A stretch of DNA of 33,516 bases. Source: an uncultured archaeon. GTDB taxonomy: Archaea > Iainarchaeota > Iainarchaeia > Iainarchaeales > VGJJ01. This document shows positions 7,785 through 16,059 of this stretch, piece by piece. Position 1 is the stretch's first letter, and every line of letters starts with the position of its first letter. The stretch spans positions 1-33,516 of the forward strand of contig CAYHGC010000001.1 of the NCBI GenBank assembly GCA_964356075.1, read 5' to 3'. The translations under genes were made by a program, and so were the position numbers. The notes beneath the pieces are model-generated. The model was not told the DNA's origin. It searched no databases and was given only the letters and a program-made list of their open reading frames with translations.

Positions 7785-8081
7785 CTATTCTTCGGTTTTC
7801 ACGAGATGATCTTTGAATAAGTATTTTTTGAGCATGTCTTCAACCTGCGAATCGTTCTTTCGAATCCATTCCAATAACATCGCCGCGTGTTCTTTTTCTT
7901 CTTTGGCATTATGTAAGAGGATTTTTTTCAATTCTTCATTTTTGGTAGCATCTGCGCGTTGGTTATACCAATCAATCGCTTCCAATTCTTCGCGCAGTGA
8001 GTCAATGGCGCGCTTCAAATCAATGGTTTTTTCTGTAAGCTGAGTTCGTTCTTCGTGCAACATCGTGTACCCCATGATCAT
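7785..8081 (-). CDS. Encapsulated-ferritin (EncFtn)-type ferritin-like protein
   Basis: ...RAIDSLREELEAIDWYNQRADATKNEELKKILLHNAKEEKEHAAMLLEWIRKND... closely matches the EncFtn signature as I recall it from Rhodospirillum rubrum (EELEAVDWYDQR...HNRDEEKEHAAMTLEWLRRND). The Glu/ExxH iron ligands are present. Confidence 0.75.
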   Translation of the reverse strand: MIMGYTMLHEERTQLTEKTIDLKRAIDSLREELEAIDWYNQRADATKNEELKKILLHNAKEEKEHAAMLLEWIRKNDSQVEDMLKKYLFKDHLVKTEE

Positions 8082-8184
8082 CTCTCAAAAAAACAAGTTA
8101 TAAGGGGACTGTTCGGATGGGCCCCCGATCCTTGTAAAGGGCCCTCATCGATGGCTTAAAACACTTTAGGGGAGTTCTATTGGT

Positions 8185-8802
8185 ATGCACAAACCAATAT
8201 TCGTATCCGGACCCCACGGCGGGGGAAAGAGTGCCCTCATTCAGCGGTTGATTCAGCGGGATAACCGACTCACGGAAAACGATCTGACGATTGATGTGGC
8301 CGAGGAGTTTCAACATCTCAAATTGCTTTCTAGTTTTGAAAAAACATTGCTGCGCATGCTCATCCGTGTCGTGCGGGTGCAGCGTGCCTATGAAATGGCC
8401 AGTAATGAGCCGGATCGAATTATTCTGACGGATCGTTCCGTCTATGATTCTCTTGCGTACGCCCACGTCTACCGCGAACTGGAGTGGGTGACGTCCGAGG
8501 AATACATGAAACTCCACGCGGTCAAGGAAAAAGTTCCATTGCACGCGCGAACTATTATTCTCAACCCACCCGTGGAAACTCTGCTTGAACGGCTGGAAAA
8601 CCGGAAGAAAAATAAAGAACGCGTGGTTCGCGACGCATTGTTTAACGATGAAGACACGGTTGAATTTGTCACGCTTCTTCAGGAATCATTTACTGCCTTT
8701 GAAGATGACCCTAATGTCATTGTGGTGCGTAACAACGAAAAAGACGAAATAGAAAAAATACTCCAGTGGATTCACCACGCGCCCGTATTGTTGCGCTCGT
8801 AA
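8185..8802 (+). CDS. P-loop kinase, deoxynucleoside-kinase-like
   Basis: Walker A SGPHGGGKSALIQRL. DRSVYDSLAYAHV and LERLENRKKNKER motifs resemble the dNK/dNMP kinase family. Confidence 0.6.
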   Translation: MHKPIFVSGPHGGGKSALIQRLIQRDNRLTENDLTIDVAEEFQHLKLLSSFEKTLLRMLIRVVRVQRAYEMASNEPDRIILTDRSVYDSLAYAHVYRELEWVTSEEYMKLHAVKEKVPLHARTIILNPPVETLLERLENRKKNKERVVRDALFNDEDTVEFVTLLQESFTAFEDDPNVIVVRNNEKDEIEKILQWIHHAPVLLRS

Positions 8803-8809
8803 AGGAATC

Positions 8810-9727
8810 CTAAAATCCGCCACCGGCCCCGCCGCCGCCACTCGAACCGCCGCCAAAGCCTCCGCCTCCAAATCCCCCACCCCCAAAGCCGCCTCCACCC
8901 CATCCTCCGATGAATGAACCGGAATGACTGGAGCCGTGGGAAACCATGGGAAATTTTCCAAAGAGAAGTAAGTAGGCATAAAACGCCGAAAGGGCCGTGA
9001 ATCCAAAAAATCCATTAAACAAAAACGTCGTGAAGAATCCAACTAGAAACGTGATCCAGATTCCCATCATGATAAAGAAAAAGAAATGAGAAAACACATT
9101 TACTGCTTTTCCCGATCCTTTTATGGAAAGGGTTGCTTTGATGAGGGTGAGAATGAGTAATACCCCTGCGATGAGGACCATGGTAAATCCCAATCCGAAC
9201 AATTCAAACGGACCTTCGAATAGCGGTTTTTCTTCGTAGCTCGCCTGGACGGATGGATCATTCAATACAAATCCTTCAATGTCATCCAACGCCGCGGAAA
9301 TTCCGGAGAAATAATCCCCTTCTTTCAAATACGGAACTAACTTTCGTGTGCCGATTTGATACGCCCATGCATCCGGAAGCGTTCCTTCCAATCCATACCC
9401 AGTGTGAATGCGCCACTCTCTATCTTGCGCGGAAATGGTGATGAGTAATCCGTTGTTTTTTCCTTTTTGGCCTATTTTCCATTGCTCAAACACGGACTGC
9501 GTGTAGAGGAACATGTCTCCTCCTTCAAGCGAGGGAAAAATATACACCGCGATCTCCACCGACGTGGTTTGCTCGAGCGCCGCCAGCCGGGTTTCGAGGG
9601 ATTGTTCCTGTTCGAGCGTGAGCATGTCCGCAGTATCAAGAACAAACCCTTGAGGGGTGGGAATGATTTGGGCGTGGACGCTCAGCGCGAATAAAATAAT
9701 AAAAGAAAAAAAGAGGAGACGGCGCAT
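8810..9727 (-). CDS. TPM-domain (YgcG-like) membrane protein with Gly-rich C-terminal tail
   Basis: Signal peptide, then the TPM signature (GFVLDTADMLTLEQEQSLETRLAALEQTTSVEIAVYIFPSLEG), TM helices, and the tail GGWGGGGFGGGGFGGGGFGGGSSGGGGAGGGF. Confidence 0.8.
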   Translation of the reverse strand: MRRLLFFSFIILFALSVHAQIIPTPQGFVLDTADMLTLEQEQSLETRLAALEQTTSVEIAVYIFPSLEGGDMFLYTQSVFEQWKIGQKGKNNGLLITISAQDREWRIHTGYGLEGTLPDAWAYQIGTRKLVPYLKEGDYFSGISAALDDIEGFVLNDPSVQASYEEKPLFEGPFELFGLGFTMVLIAGVLLILTLIKATLSIKGSGKAVNVFSHFFFFIMMGIWITFLVGFFTTFLFNGFFGFTALSAFYAYLLLFGKFPMVSHGSSHSGSFIGGWGGGGFGGGGFGGGGFGGGSSGGGGAGGGF

Positions 9728-9748
9728 AGGCGGATTCCGTTCTCCCGT

Positions 9749-10369
9749 TTAGTTGGTAAAATCACTCGGCACTTCCGGCGCGTTTTCCGATCCGGGTGCG
9801 GACTCAAAGTATTCCTTGGCTTTTTTTCCACCTAAGAAAAAGGTATTAGGAAAGACTTGAATGTACGTGTTGTATTCGCGCGCCGTGTCGTTGTATTTCT
9901 TTCGTTCAACGGAAATGCGGTTTTCAATTCCTTCGAGTTGAATTTGCAACGTTTGAAATTGTTCATTGGATTGTAAGGTGGGATAATTTTCAGCCACGAG
10001 CAACAATTTGGACAACGTGGATTCGAACTGATTCGCGGTTTCAATTTTATCATTCACATTGGTCTGCGTCTGCCATTGCGTGCGCAGCTCGCTTAATTGG
10101 GTAAGCGTTTCTTGTTCAAAGTTGGCCGCACCTTTCACGACATTCACCAATTGGGGGACCAAATCAAAGCGTTTCTGGTATTCCGTCTCGACGTTCGACC
10201 ATTGCGCATCCACGTTTTGGTTGCGGGAAACCTCTCCGTTGTAAATGCCCATGACGAAGACGCCCATGAGAAGTAACACCACGACAATAATCCCCACCAC
10301 GGGTAAAATACGATTTCCGTCCATACGTTCCATCACGCTCCATGAATGATACTTATTCTTTTCTCCCAA
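9749..10369 (-). CDS. lemA: LemA family protein
   Basis: N-terminal TM, then YNGEVSRNQNVDAQWSNVETEYQKRFDLVPQLVNVVKG...ENYPTLQSNEQFQTLQ...YNDTAREYNTYIQVFPNTFF, the LemA signature. Forms the classic LemA-TPM gene pair. Confidence 0.85.
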   Translation of the reverse strand: MGEKNKYHSWSVMERMDGNRILPVVGIIVVVLLLMGVFVMGIYNGEVSRNQNVDAQWSNVETEYQKRFDLVPQLVNVVKGAANFEQETLTQLSELRTQWQTQTNVNDKIETANQFESTLSKLLLVAENYPTLQSNEQFQTLQIQLEGIENRISVERKKYNDTAREYNTYIQVFPNTFFLGGKKAKEYFESAPGSENAPEVPSDFTN

Positions 10370-10405
10370 ATCCCTAATAAACCCGTGCCGATTTTGGAGA
10401 AAAAA

Positions 10406-10963
10406 TCAGCGCGCACCTGGTTTTCGTCGGACGCGCGGGCGAATATGAAAGGTGGCCGTCTCATATCCTCCTTTCATTCCGGGTTCTAATGAGAGTGAGA
10501 GTATATCGGAGAGGTGCGGCTTGCTTGCAATTAATCGCTGATACTTATGATGCCACTCCACGCTGGGCCTAGTCACGAGCTCTCGTCGTAGGAATGGAAT
10601 CCGTTTCTTTTCCGCGTACCGGATAATGTCGAGCGTTAACTTCGCGTAGATGCGCGATCGCTGAATGGAGGGCTTGATCGCAGTATAGTGATCAATAATT
10701 CGGTTGTGCTTCTCCAGAACATTCATCACACCCACGGGCTTGTCATTGATGTAGGCGAGGATAAACAGCTCTCCATTTTCAATCTGATGACGCACTATCG
10801 ACGGTTGAAGGAGTTCTCTCAAACCGGATCGCACTTGCTCCAAGTGAGGGTCGGGCGTGCTGAGGAGTTCTTCGGCGATCTCTCGCAGGTCATCGAGCAG
10901 TTTTTCGGAAACCGTTCCTTGATTTAACCATCGCAGCGTGACAAACTGAAATTTCGTCTCCAT
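10406..10963 (-). CDS. Hypothetical protein, possibly GNAT-fold (weak)
   Basis: Coherent ORF. The segment LFILAYINDKPVGVMNVLE...RSRIYAKLTLDIIRYAEKKRIPFL resembles the GNAT beta4-alpha3 region, but the Q/RxxGxG/A motif is not canonical. Confidence 0.4.
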   Translation of the reverse strand: METKFQFVTLRWLNQGTVSEKLLDDLREIAEELLSTPDPHLEQVRSGLRELLQPSIVRHQIENGELFILAYINDKPVGVMNVLEKHNRIIDHYTAIKPSIQRSRIYAKLTLDIIRYAEKKRIPFLRRELVTRPSVEWHHKYQRLIASKPHLSDILSLSLEPGMKGGYETATFHIRPRVRRKPGAR

Positions 10964-11071
10964 GCATCATTCATTGTTCTCTTCTTTTTAATCGTAGGAT
11001 GGATTCCCAAAAGACTGCGTTTTTTTGAAGTAAAATAGGGGTTCATAATGCTTTCCACCCCCACTGGATGA

Positions 11072-11386
11072 ATGGAAACGTTCAAACCCACTCAAACGAG
11101 ACTCATTCTGGTCTGTTGCAACCAAAAGGACGTGAACGATTCCACGTTGTGCGGAAACCGGGAAGGGTTGGAGTTGCACGCGGAACTGAAAGCCTATGTT
11201 AAAAGTAAAAATCTTCAAATGAAAGTGCGCGTGGTCAAGAGCGGGTGTTTGGATTATTGTGGGCTCGGACCGGTAATTTCCATCGAACCCGAACACATTT
11301 GGTATAAGGGCGTGACGAAAGATGATTTGGCCCAAATCAAGAAAGATTGGATTGATCCTTTAGTTTTCGGACAGGATATTTGGTAG
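11072..11386 (+). CDS. Thioredoxin-like [2Fe-2S] ferredoxin domain protein
   Basis: LILVCCNQKD...LCGNREG...VVKSGCLDYCGLGPVISIEPE matches the Cys spacing of thioredoxin-like 2Fe-2S ferredoxins. Confidence 0.65.
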   Translation: METFKPTQTRLILVCCNQKDVNDSTLCGNREGLELHAELKAYVKSKNLQMKVRVVKSGCLDYCGLGPVISIEPEHIWYKGVTKDDLAQIKKDWIDPLVFGQDIW

Positions 11387-11674
11387 CTTCTCGGTGAAAA
11401 CCGAACGGGGCATTACCGTGATGGGCAGCATGGGTGTGCGTTGAATCAAATCCGCTCGTTTGTGGGAAAGAAAACCAATTATTTTCACGTTGGGATATTC
11501 TTCCAGGATTTTTTGTAATCCTTCCAAACCAAACTCTTCCAAATCCACTAAAATGAGTGTTGGGTTTTTGATTTTGTAAATATCGGACTCAAACTGAACT
11601 TTTTTCTTCAGCACGTTAGCAATCCCATCGATTTTGGATTTGAAAAACAGGTCTTTGACAAGAACATGGATCAT
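11360..11674 (-). CDS. Hypothetical protein (receiver/flavodoxin-like alternating pattern, no canonical acidic pocket)
   Basis: 104-aa ORF: MIHVLVKD...PTLILVDLEEFGLEGLQKILEEYPNVKIIGFLSH. The function is not recognisable. Confidence 0.4.
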   Translation of the reverse strand: MIHVLVKDLFFKSKIDGIANVLKKKVQFESDIYKIKNPTLILVDLEEFGLEGLQKILEEYPNVKIIGFLSHKRADLIQRTPMLPITVMPRSVFTEKLPNILSEN

Positions 11675-11698
11675 GAGAAAAACAACGACTGTGAGAAA

Positions 11699-11989
11699 TT
11701 AAATAACATCCACGACTTTTCCGCGGCCGCGGTAGTGCGAGATGACTATGTTCATGTACAAATTGAGAATCCCCACGACCGCGGCACCGATGGTAAACAA
11801 CGTGTCGGGAGAAATAATCTTGGGTAATCCCCACGAAAGAAAGGCCATCAACGCAATAATTCCTAAGAACTCGGAAAGCGCATACTTGCCAATATTCCAC
11901 CCGTTTGAGTGCTCAAACATGTGAATGCGTCCACCATAGTAGGAGGCGCGTTCTTTCGGCGACATTCGCGAAGGCATAGGGTGTTCCAT
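11699..11989 (-). CDS. Small two-TM membrane protein, unknown function
   Basis: Two hydrophobic helices (ALSEFLGIIALMAFLSWGL; LFTIGAAVVGILNLYMNIVI). Coding looks better than in the overlapping alternative frames. Confidence 0.4.
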   Translation of the reverse strand: MEHPMPSRMSPKERASYYGGRIHMFEHSNGWNIGKYALSEFLGIIALMAFLSWGLPKIISPDTLFTIGAAVVGILNLYMNIVISHYRGRGKVVDVI

Positions 11990-12044
11990 TCATTTTGAGG
12001 ATATAAATCGCACGGATGGGCGAACCGAGCTCAGTAGGTTTTTA

Positions 12045-12488
12045 ATGTCGTTTTCCAAGGGAATTCATTCTATGGAACCCGGATACGTTGATTTTCAAGT
12101 CCAAATGGGAAAATGGAATGAAACCAAGAAAGTTCCCGTCGCGAATGATTTTGCATCGGCCGGAGAAGCACTCTTGATTGCCCGCTCCACGAGTGGGGTG
12201 GATGAGCTCGTTGATCGTTCGGTGCATGAACTGATGAACCTTGCTCCCGTGGACGCGATGATTGCCGATGCGATGAAGTCAACGGATGCGGGAAAAGCAT
12301 TTGTGATCTTAGCCAGCCGAAAGTTTACGCAAGCGATTGCCGAATCCATGTCGGCGAGAAAGTGGCAGCCGAAAGAAATGAAAGAAGTGCAGCAGTTTGT
12401 TCGCATCTATGCCACGCGGAAAATGCTCGCTCATTATGGATTCATTGTTAACTATGGAAAAGCCGCCGGTAAAGCGGTGAAAGGATAG
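12045..12488 (+). CDS. Hypothetical protein, paralogue A of a tandem pair
   Basis: Shares N-terminal (GYVDFQVQMGKWNETKK vs GFIQFIANYEEWKCIKK) and C-terminal (YATRKMLAHYGFIVNY vs YAARNVLREKGLIVEY) blocks with the next ORF. The start may instead be ATG 12072. Confidence 0.5.
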   Translation: MSFSKGIHSMEPGYVDFQVQMGKWNETKKVPVANDFASAGEALLIARSTSGVDELVDRSVHELMNLAPVDAMIADAMKSTDAGKAFVILASRKFTQAIAESMSARKWQPKEMKEVQQFVRIYATRKMLAHYGFIVNYGKAAGKAVKG

Positions 12489-12505
12489 ACGAAGGGGGGT
12501 TGTTT

Positions 12506-12934
12506 ATGGACGACGGATTTATCCAATTCATTGCCAACTACGAGGAATGGAAGTGCATCAAAAAATACCGTACCGTTCCAACGACCAACTCATTAACGTT
12601 CGCGGAGTTTCTCGCGTCGTATTCGATCACCCTCGATCAGCGCTTCGTCATGTATTTGCGCACATTCTTGGACATGAAATCCCTCGACACGATTTTGAGC
12701 AAAAGCCCCGGAAAGAGTGCCTCGGTGGGAGAGTTACTCGCGTTTCTTTCCAGTCCTCCCGTGGTTTCAACTATTCAGTCCATCGCAAAAAAAGAATCCA
12801 ATCATGCAGGAGAACTCGAATCGATGTTGAAAGCGTATGCTGCGCGCAACGTGTTGCGCGAAAAAGGACTGATTGTGGAATATGCTCAAGTGGGTATTCC
12901 CGGACTCAAACGCCTGATTAACAAAAAACTCTGA
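12506..12934 (+). CDS. Hypothetical protein, paralogue B of a tandem pair
   Basis: ATG 12506 is preceded by GAAGGGGGG. See the paralogy blocks listed for 12045-12488. Confidence 0.5.
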   Translation: MDDGFIQFIANYEEWKCIKKYRTVPTTNSLTFAEFLASYSITLDQRFVMYLRTFLDMKSLDTILSKSPGKSASVGELLAFLSSPPVVSTIQSIAKKESNHAGELESMLKAYAARNVLREKGLIVEYAQVGIPGLKRLINKKL

Positions 12935-12987
12935 GACCCAAAGCTTTATTTACAGCCAATCGTTCTAGGATTAGAGGTTGAATGTTT

Positions 12988-13152
12988 ATGGCAACTCCTG
13001 GAAAAAAACATATTTTTACCCGAGAAGAAGCCGATCAACTACGTGCATTGTTTTATGATGGCGAATTTTTGTCCCGAGGGAAAAAAGGGCATGCGAAAGG
13101 AAGAAGGCTTACTCCTGGTAATACCATTCGCCGCCGACGAATGATGCGATAG
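12988..13152 (+). CDS. Small basic protein (54 aa), unknown function
   Basis: Below the ORF-track length cutoff. GAGGT at 12974-12978 lies upstream. Reads MATPGKKHIFTREEADQLRALFYDGEFLSRGKKGHAKGRRLTPGNTIRRRRMMR. Confidence 0.3.
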   Translation: MATPGKKHIFTREEADQLRALFYDGEFLSRGKKGHAKGRRLTPGNTIRRRRMMR

Positions 13153-13192
13153 TGACCTCGCCCATTTTATTCTCGGTATTTTTCATTGACGC

Positions 13193-13711
13193 ATGACTCA
13201 ACCCCCTTTTGCGTCGAATGAAACCATCGAACGGGAAATTCCCCCCAGCAAAAATACGGTTGCGTATTATACCATCAAAGCCGCTCCCTTGTTTGGTGTG
13301 TGGTTTGTGGGATTGATTGTGTTTCTGATTTACTCCTTCAAGCTCAAAGGAGGAAGCCCGCAAACATTGTTGTTTCAAGCGCTCGCGCTTTCTGTATTTG
13401 CCTATTTGATTGGGGTGATTGCCCGCTGGTTGTGGCGCGTGGACGTGTCCCAACGCGATGCGTGGATTACTAATTTAGGAATTTGGGTGCAAAACCCCAG
13501 CGGAATGAAATTCGTTCCCTATGCTCACATTTCCTCGCTTCGAAAAAAGAACGACTGGATGCAAAAATGGCTGCATCTGAACGAAATCGAAATCCAGTTT
13601 GTGACGGAAGGAAGGAGCAACAAAATTGCCCTCGTTGGGGTGGAAAACGCCGATGAAATAATGGTGCAGATCCAGGGACACCTACCTCCTTCTTCGGGAA
13701 CACAGGTGTAG
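13193..13711 (+). CDS. Membrane protein with bacterial-type PH (YdbS/YdbT-like) domain
   Basis: Two TM helices followed by a beta-rich domain (ITNLGIWVQNPSGMKFVPYAHISSLRKKNDWMQKWLHLNEIEIQF...) resembling bPH_2. Confidence 0.5.
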   Translation: MTQPPFASNETIEREIPPSKNTVAYYTIKAAPLFGVWFVGLIVFLIYSFKLKGGSPQTLLFQALALSVFAYLIGVIARWLWRVDVSQRDAWITNLGIWVQNPSGMKFVPYAHISSLRKKNDWMQKWLHLNEIEIQFVTEGRSNKIALVGVENADEIMVQIQGHLPPSSGTQV

Positions 13712-13748
13712 GGTTATAACAATTCCCTAACCCCATTATCTCTGTAGT

Positions 13749-13821
13749 GGGTTTGTGGTGTAGCCTGGTAGCATTGTACCTTTGGGAGGTACCGGCCTCG
13801 GTTCAAATCCGGGCGAACCCG
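13749..13821 (+). tRNA. tRNA-Pro (anticodon UGG)
   Basis: Manual cloverleaf. Acceptor GGGTTTG/CGAACCC, D arm GTGT-AGCCTGGTA-GCAT, anticodon arm GTACC-TTTGGGA-GGTAC, 4-nt variable region, T arm CTCGG-TTCAAAT-CCGGG. No encoded CCA. Confidence 0.85.
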
Positions 13822-13924
13822 CTCGCCGCTTCCGACCGGCATTTCTTTCGTGGCGGACGATCGTGCGAACGATTAAATATCTACGATCTGATACCATACT
13901 ACTATTGTGAGGAGGATTTTTTTT

Positions 13925-14371
13925 ATGAAAACAACATTCAAATTTACGACGGGAATAGGGGTCCTGGCACTTGTGCTGGTGGCCTTGCTTCCGTTCGTGA
14001 GCAGTACCATCTACAACGGTCTTTTTGCACCAATCACGGTGACGAATAACAACGATGCTAATTCTATCCAATACGACGTGAATCTCGTTGCGTACGGGGA
14101 TGTGAATGGGTGTACGGACACCGATAACGGTGTCTATGGCGACATTAACGGAACCATCACGTGGAAAGATCCGCGCGACGTGAACATGACGACTCACGTG
14201 CAATCGGACTTCTGTGACTCCAACACGTCGGTTGTTGAAATGGCCTGTATTAGCCAAGTCAAAATCAACGGAGTGCAGTACCAGAACTACTTCATTGCGG
14301 TTCACGAGAACTGTAGCGAAATGGGTAAGACATTCTGTCAAACGACGGGCGGAATTGGTAAGTGCGTCTAA
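13925..14371 (+). CDS. Secreted Cys-rich protein, paralogue 1
   Basis: GAGGAGG RBS at 13909-13915, signal peptide MKTTFKFTTGIGVLALVLVALLPFVSS, and a mature domain with 6 Cys. Clearly paralogous to 14477-14938 (STIY.G, YGD, W.DP.DVN, K(I/V)NGVQ). Confidence 0.7.
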   Translation: MKTTFKFTTGIGVLALVLVALLPFVSSTIYNGLFAPITVTNNNDANSIQYDVNLVAYGDVNGCTDTDNGVYGDINGTITWKDPRDVNMTTHVQSDFCDSNTSVVEMACISQVKINGVQYQNYFIAVHENCSEMGKTFCQTTGGIGKCV

Positions 14372-14382
14372 TTTCGAGAGGG

Positions 14383-14412
14383 GGGGAAATAATTCCCCTT
14401 TTTCTTTTTTTT
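14383..14412 (+). terminator. GC hairpin plus T-run
   Basis: GGGGAA-ATAA-TTCCCC (14383-14398) followed by TTTTTCTTTTTTTT. Confidence 0.5.
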
Positions 14413-14476
14413 CAATTTTGTTCAACGAAGTGTTATATATCTCTAAGGGCGTTTTACCAATCGAGGAGGATTTGGA

Positions 14477-14938
14477 ATGAATTTTTTGACTCATAAATGG
14501 AAAATTCTCGGAATATTGGCCGTATTGGCTCTGATTCCTGTAGCATATAGTACGATTTACCCCGGTGGAAACACTCCGGTGACGTTTACCAACACCGATC
14601 TCAATGGTCCGTATGTGGCTAATCTTATCGGGTATGGAGACCATAACACGCAATGTCTGGATTTTCCGGATAAAGGATTCAAACCTTTGATCCCAAGCTT
14701 CATGCAATGGGCCGATCCCACGGATGTCAACTTCCCGGGCGGACCACCGAACATCCACAACCAAGGAGATGCGTGCTTGGATGCCAACACCCTCTTAGAA
14801 GTAGGATGTATTGAACACTTCAAAGTCAACGGTGTCCAGCATTCGAAGTACGTCATTGGAGCCGCGTTCAACTGTAAGAACATCTCCCCCACGAGTACGT
14901 GTGTGATGAATTTCAACCAGTTAGGACGATGTACGTAA
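14477..14938 (+). CDS. Secreted Cys-rich protein, paralogue 2
   Basis: GAGGAGG RBS 7 nt upstream, signal peptide, and the same Cys framework as 13925-14371. Confidence 0.7.
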   Translation: MNFLTHKWKILGILAVLALIPVAYSTIYPGGNTPVTFTNTDLNGPYVANLIGYGDHNTQCLDFPDKGFKPLIPSFMQWADPTDVNFPGGPPNIHNQGDACLDANTLLEVGCIEHFKVNGVQHSKYVIGAAFNCKNISPTSTCVMNFNQLGRCT

Positions 14939-14953
14939 AATAGACATTTAGTT

Positions 14954-14991
14954 GAGGAGGGATTTTTCCCTCCTCTCTTTTTTTATTTTTT
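14954..14991 (+). terminator. GC hairpin plus T-run (between convergent genes)
   Basis: GAGGAGGG (14954-14961) / CCCTCCTC (14968-14975), an 8-bp stem, followed by TCTTTTTTTATTTTTT. Confidence 0.55.
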
Positions 14992-16017
14992 TAACAATTC
15001 TAATACTCGTAATTGAACTTTGGACAAGGGCTTTTTCTCCAGTTTTTTGGAATCAAACCACGAAAGAGTAGAAGGGGTTGAATTCGTGAGAGTGGCTTCA
15101 AACACGTGCACGTGCTGGGTGAAATGAGAATAGGAATGCTTTACCTCTCCCTTCCTCGTTCCTATTTTTATCCGAATCCCCATTTCTTCAAACTTTTTTT
15201 CAATGTCATAGGTTGAATCCGTTAGCGGGGAATATTCCACCATGGGGCACTCCCACATGCCGTTCAATAATGCCGTTTGGCGCTGAACAAAACCCAGTGA
15301 GTCCACTTGACGAATGGCCGCCATCGCAAAATGCTTCTGGGGTGCTTTCCCCTTTTTGGCTTTTACGGGGAATGAGGATTGTTTGGAATAGCGATACGCG
15401 AAGCATTCTTTTTGCAGCGGACACGTACTGCACAATGGATTATCAGGAACGCAGATCAACGCCCCCAATTCCATTAACCCTTGATTGAACGCCCGGGCCT
15501 TTCCTTGCGGAAGAACTTCGTTTAATTTTGCATTGATCTTTTCTCTCGTTTTGGGAAGAGATACATCCTCTGAAATTCCCCAAAAACGAGTGGTCACCCG
15601 CAAGACATTCCCATCCACCACGGGAACGTTTTCGTTGAATGCAATGCTCGCGACTGCAGAGGAAATGTAGGGACCGAAACCTTTCAACTTCTCCAATTCC
15701 TTTTGGGAATGCGGGAGCTCGCCTTTGTGTTTCTCCACGACCTGCTTCGCCGCATCGTGCAGATTGCGCGCGCGGGAATAATACCCTAACCCCTCCCAAC
15801 TTTTCAACACCGTTTGAGGATCGGCATCCGCAAGGGCGTGCACATTGGGAAATTGTTTCAAAAAACGCGCATAATACGGCTGCATCTGATCAATGCGCGT
15901 TTGTTGCGCCATGATCTCCGATATCCACACGTGATACGGATCGTAAGCTTTCCGCCAAGGAAGCGGACGCTGGTTTTTCTGAAACCACTCCATGAGTTCT
16001 TGGGATGGAAAGTCCAT
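14983..16017 (-). CDS. mutY: A/G-specific adenine DNA glycosylase
   Basis: LPWRK..DPYHVWISEIMAQQTR, an HhH-GPD region (LKGFGPYISSAVASIAF), the 4Fe-4S loop CVPDNPLCSTCPLQKEC, and a C-terminal Nudix-like domain. Confidence 0.9.
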   Translation of the reverse strand: MDFPSQELMEWFQKNQRPLPWRKAYDPYHVWISEIMAQQTRIDQMQPYYARFLKQFPNVHALADADPQTVLKSWEGLGYYSRARNLHDAAKQVVEKHKGELPHSQKELEKLKGFGPYISSAVASIAFNENVPVVDGNVLRVTTRFWGISEDVSLPKTREKINAKLNEVLPQGKARAFNQGLMELGALICVPDNPLCSTCPLQKECFAYRYSKQSSFPVKAKKGKAPQKHFAMAAIRQVDSLGFVQRQTALLNGMWECPMVEYSPLTDSTYDIEKKFEEMGIRIKIGTRKGEVKHSYSHFTQHVHVFEATLTNSTPSTLSWFDSKKLEKKPLSKVQLRVLELLKK

Positions 16018-16059
16018 ACTATTCCTTTATCGTTGACATTTTTTAGGTATTGTATTCAA

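Noticed and set aside
8098-8544. 148-aa minus-strand ORF overlapping the kinase gene
   Set aside because: The plus-strand frame carries a clean Walker A and dNK-like motifs. The minus frame has no features.
8813-8905. GC-rich short-period DNA repeat (ccgcc/ccacc units)
   Set aside because: It encodes the poly-Gly/Phe tail of the TPM protein (GGGGFGGGGF...). It is coding low complexity, not a CRISPR array or a non-coding tandem repeat.
10988-11335. 115-aa minus-strand ORF
   Set aside because: It is antisense to the 2Fe-2S ferredoxin ORF, whose Cys spacing is diagnostic.
13736-14764. 342-aa minus-strand ORF, the longest in this region
   Set aside because: It runs antisense through tRNA-Pro and through two plus-strand genes that have strong RBSs, signal peptides, mutual paralogy and terminators. 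Its sequence is low-complexity, Arg/His-rich and has no motifs. It is an antisense shadow ORF.
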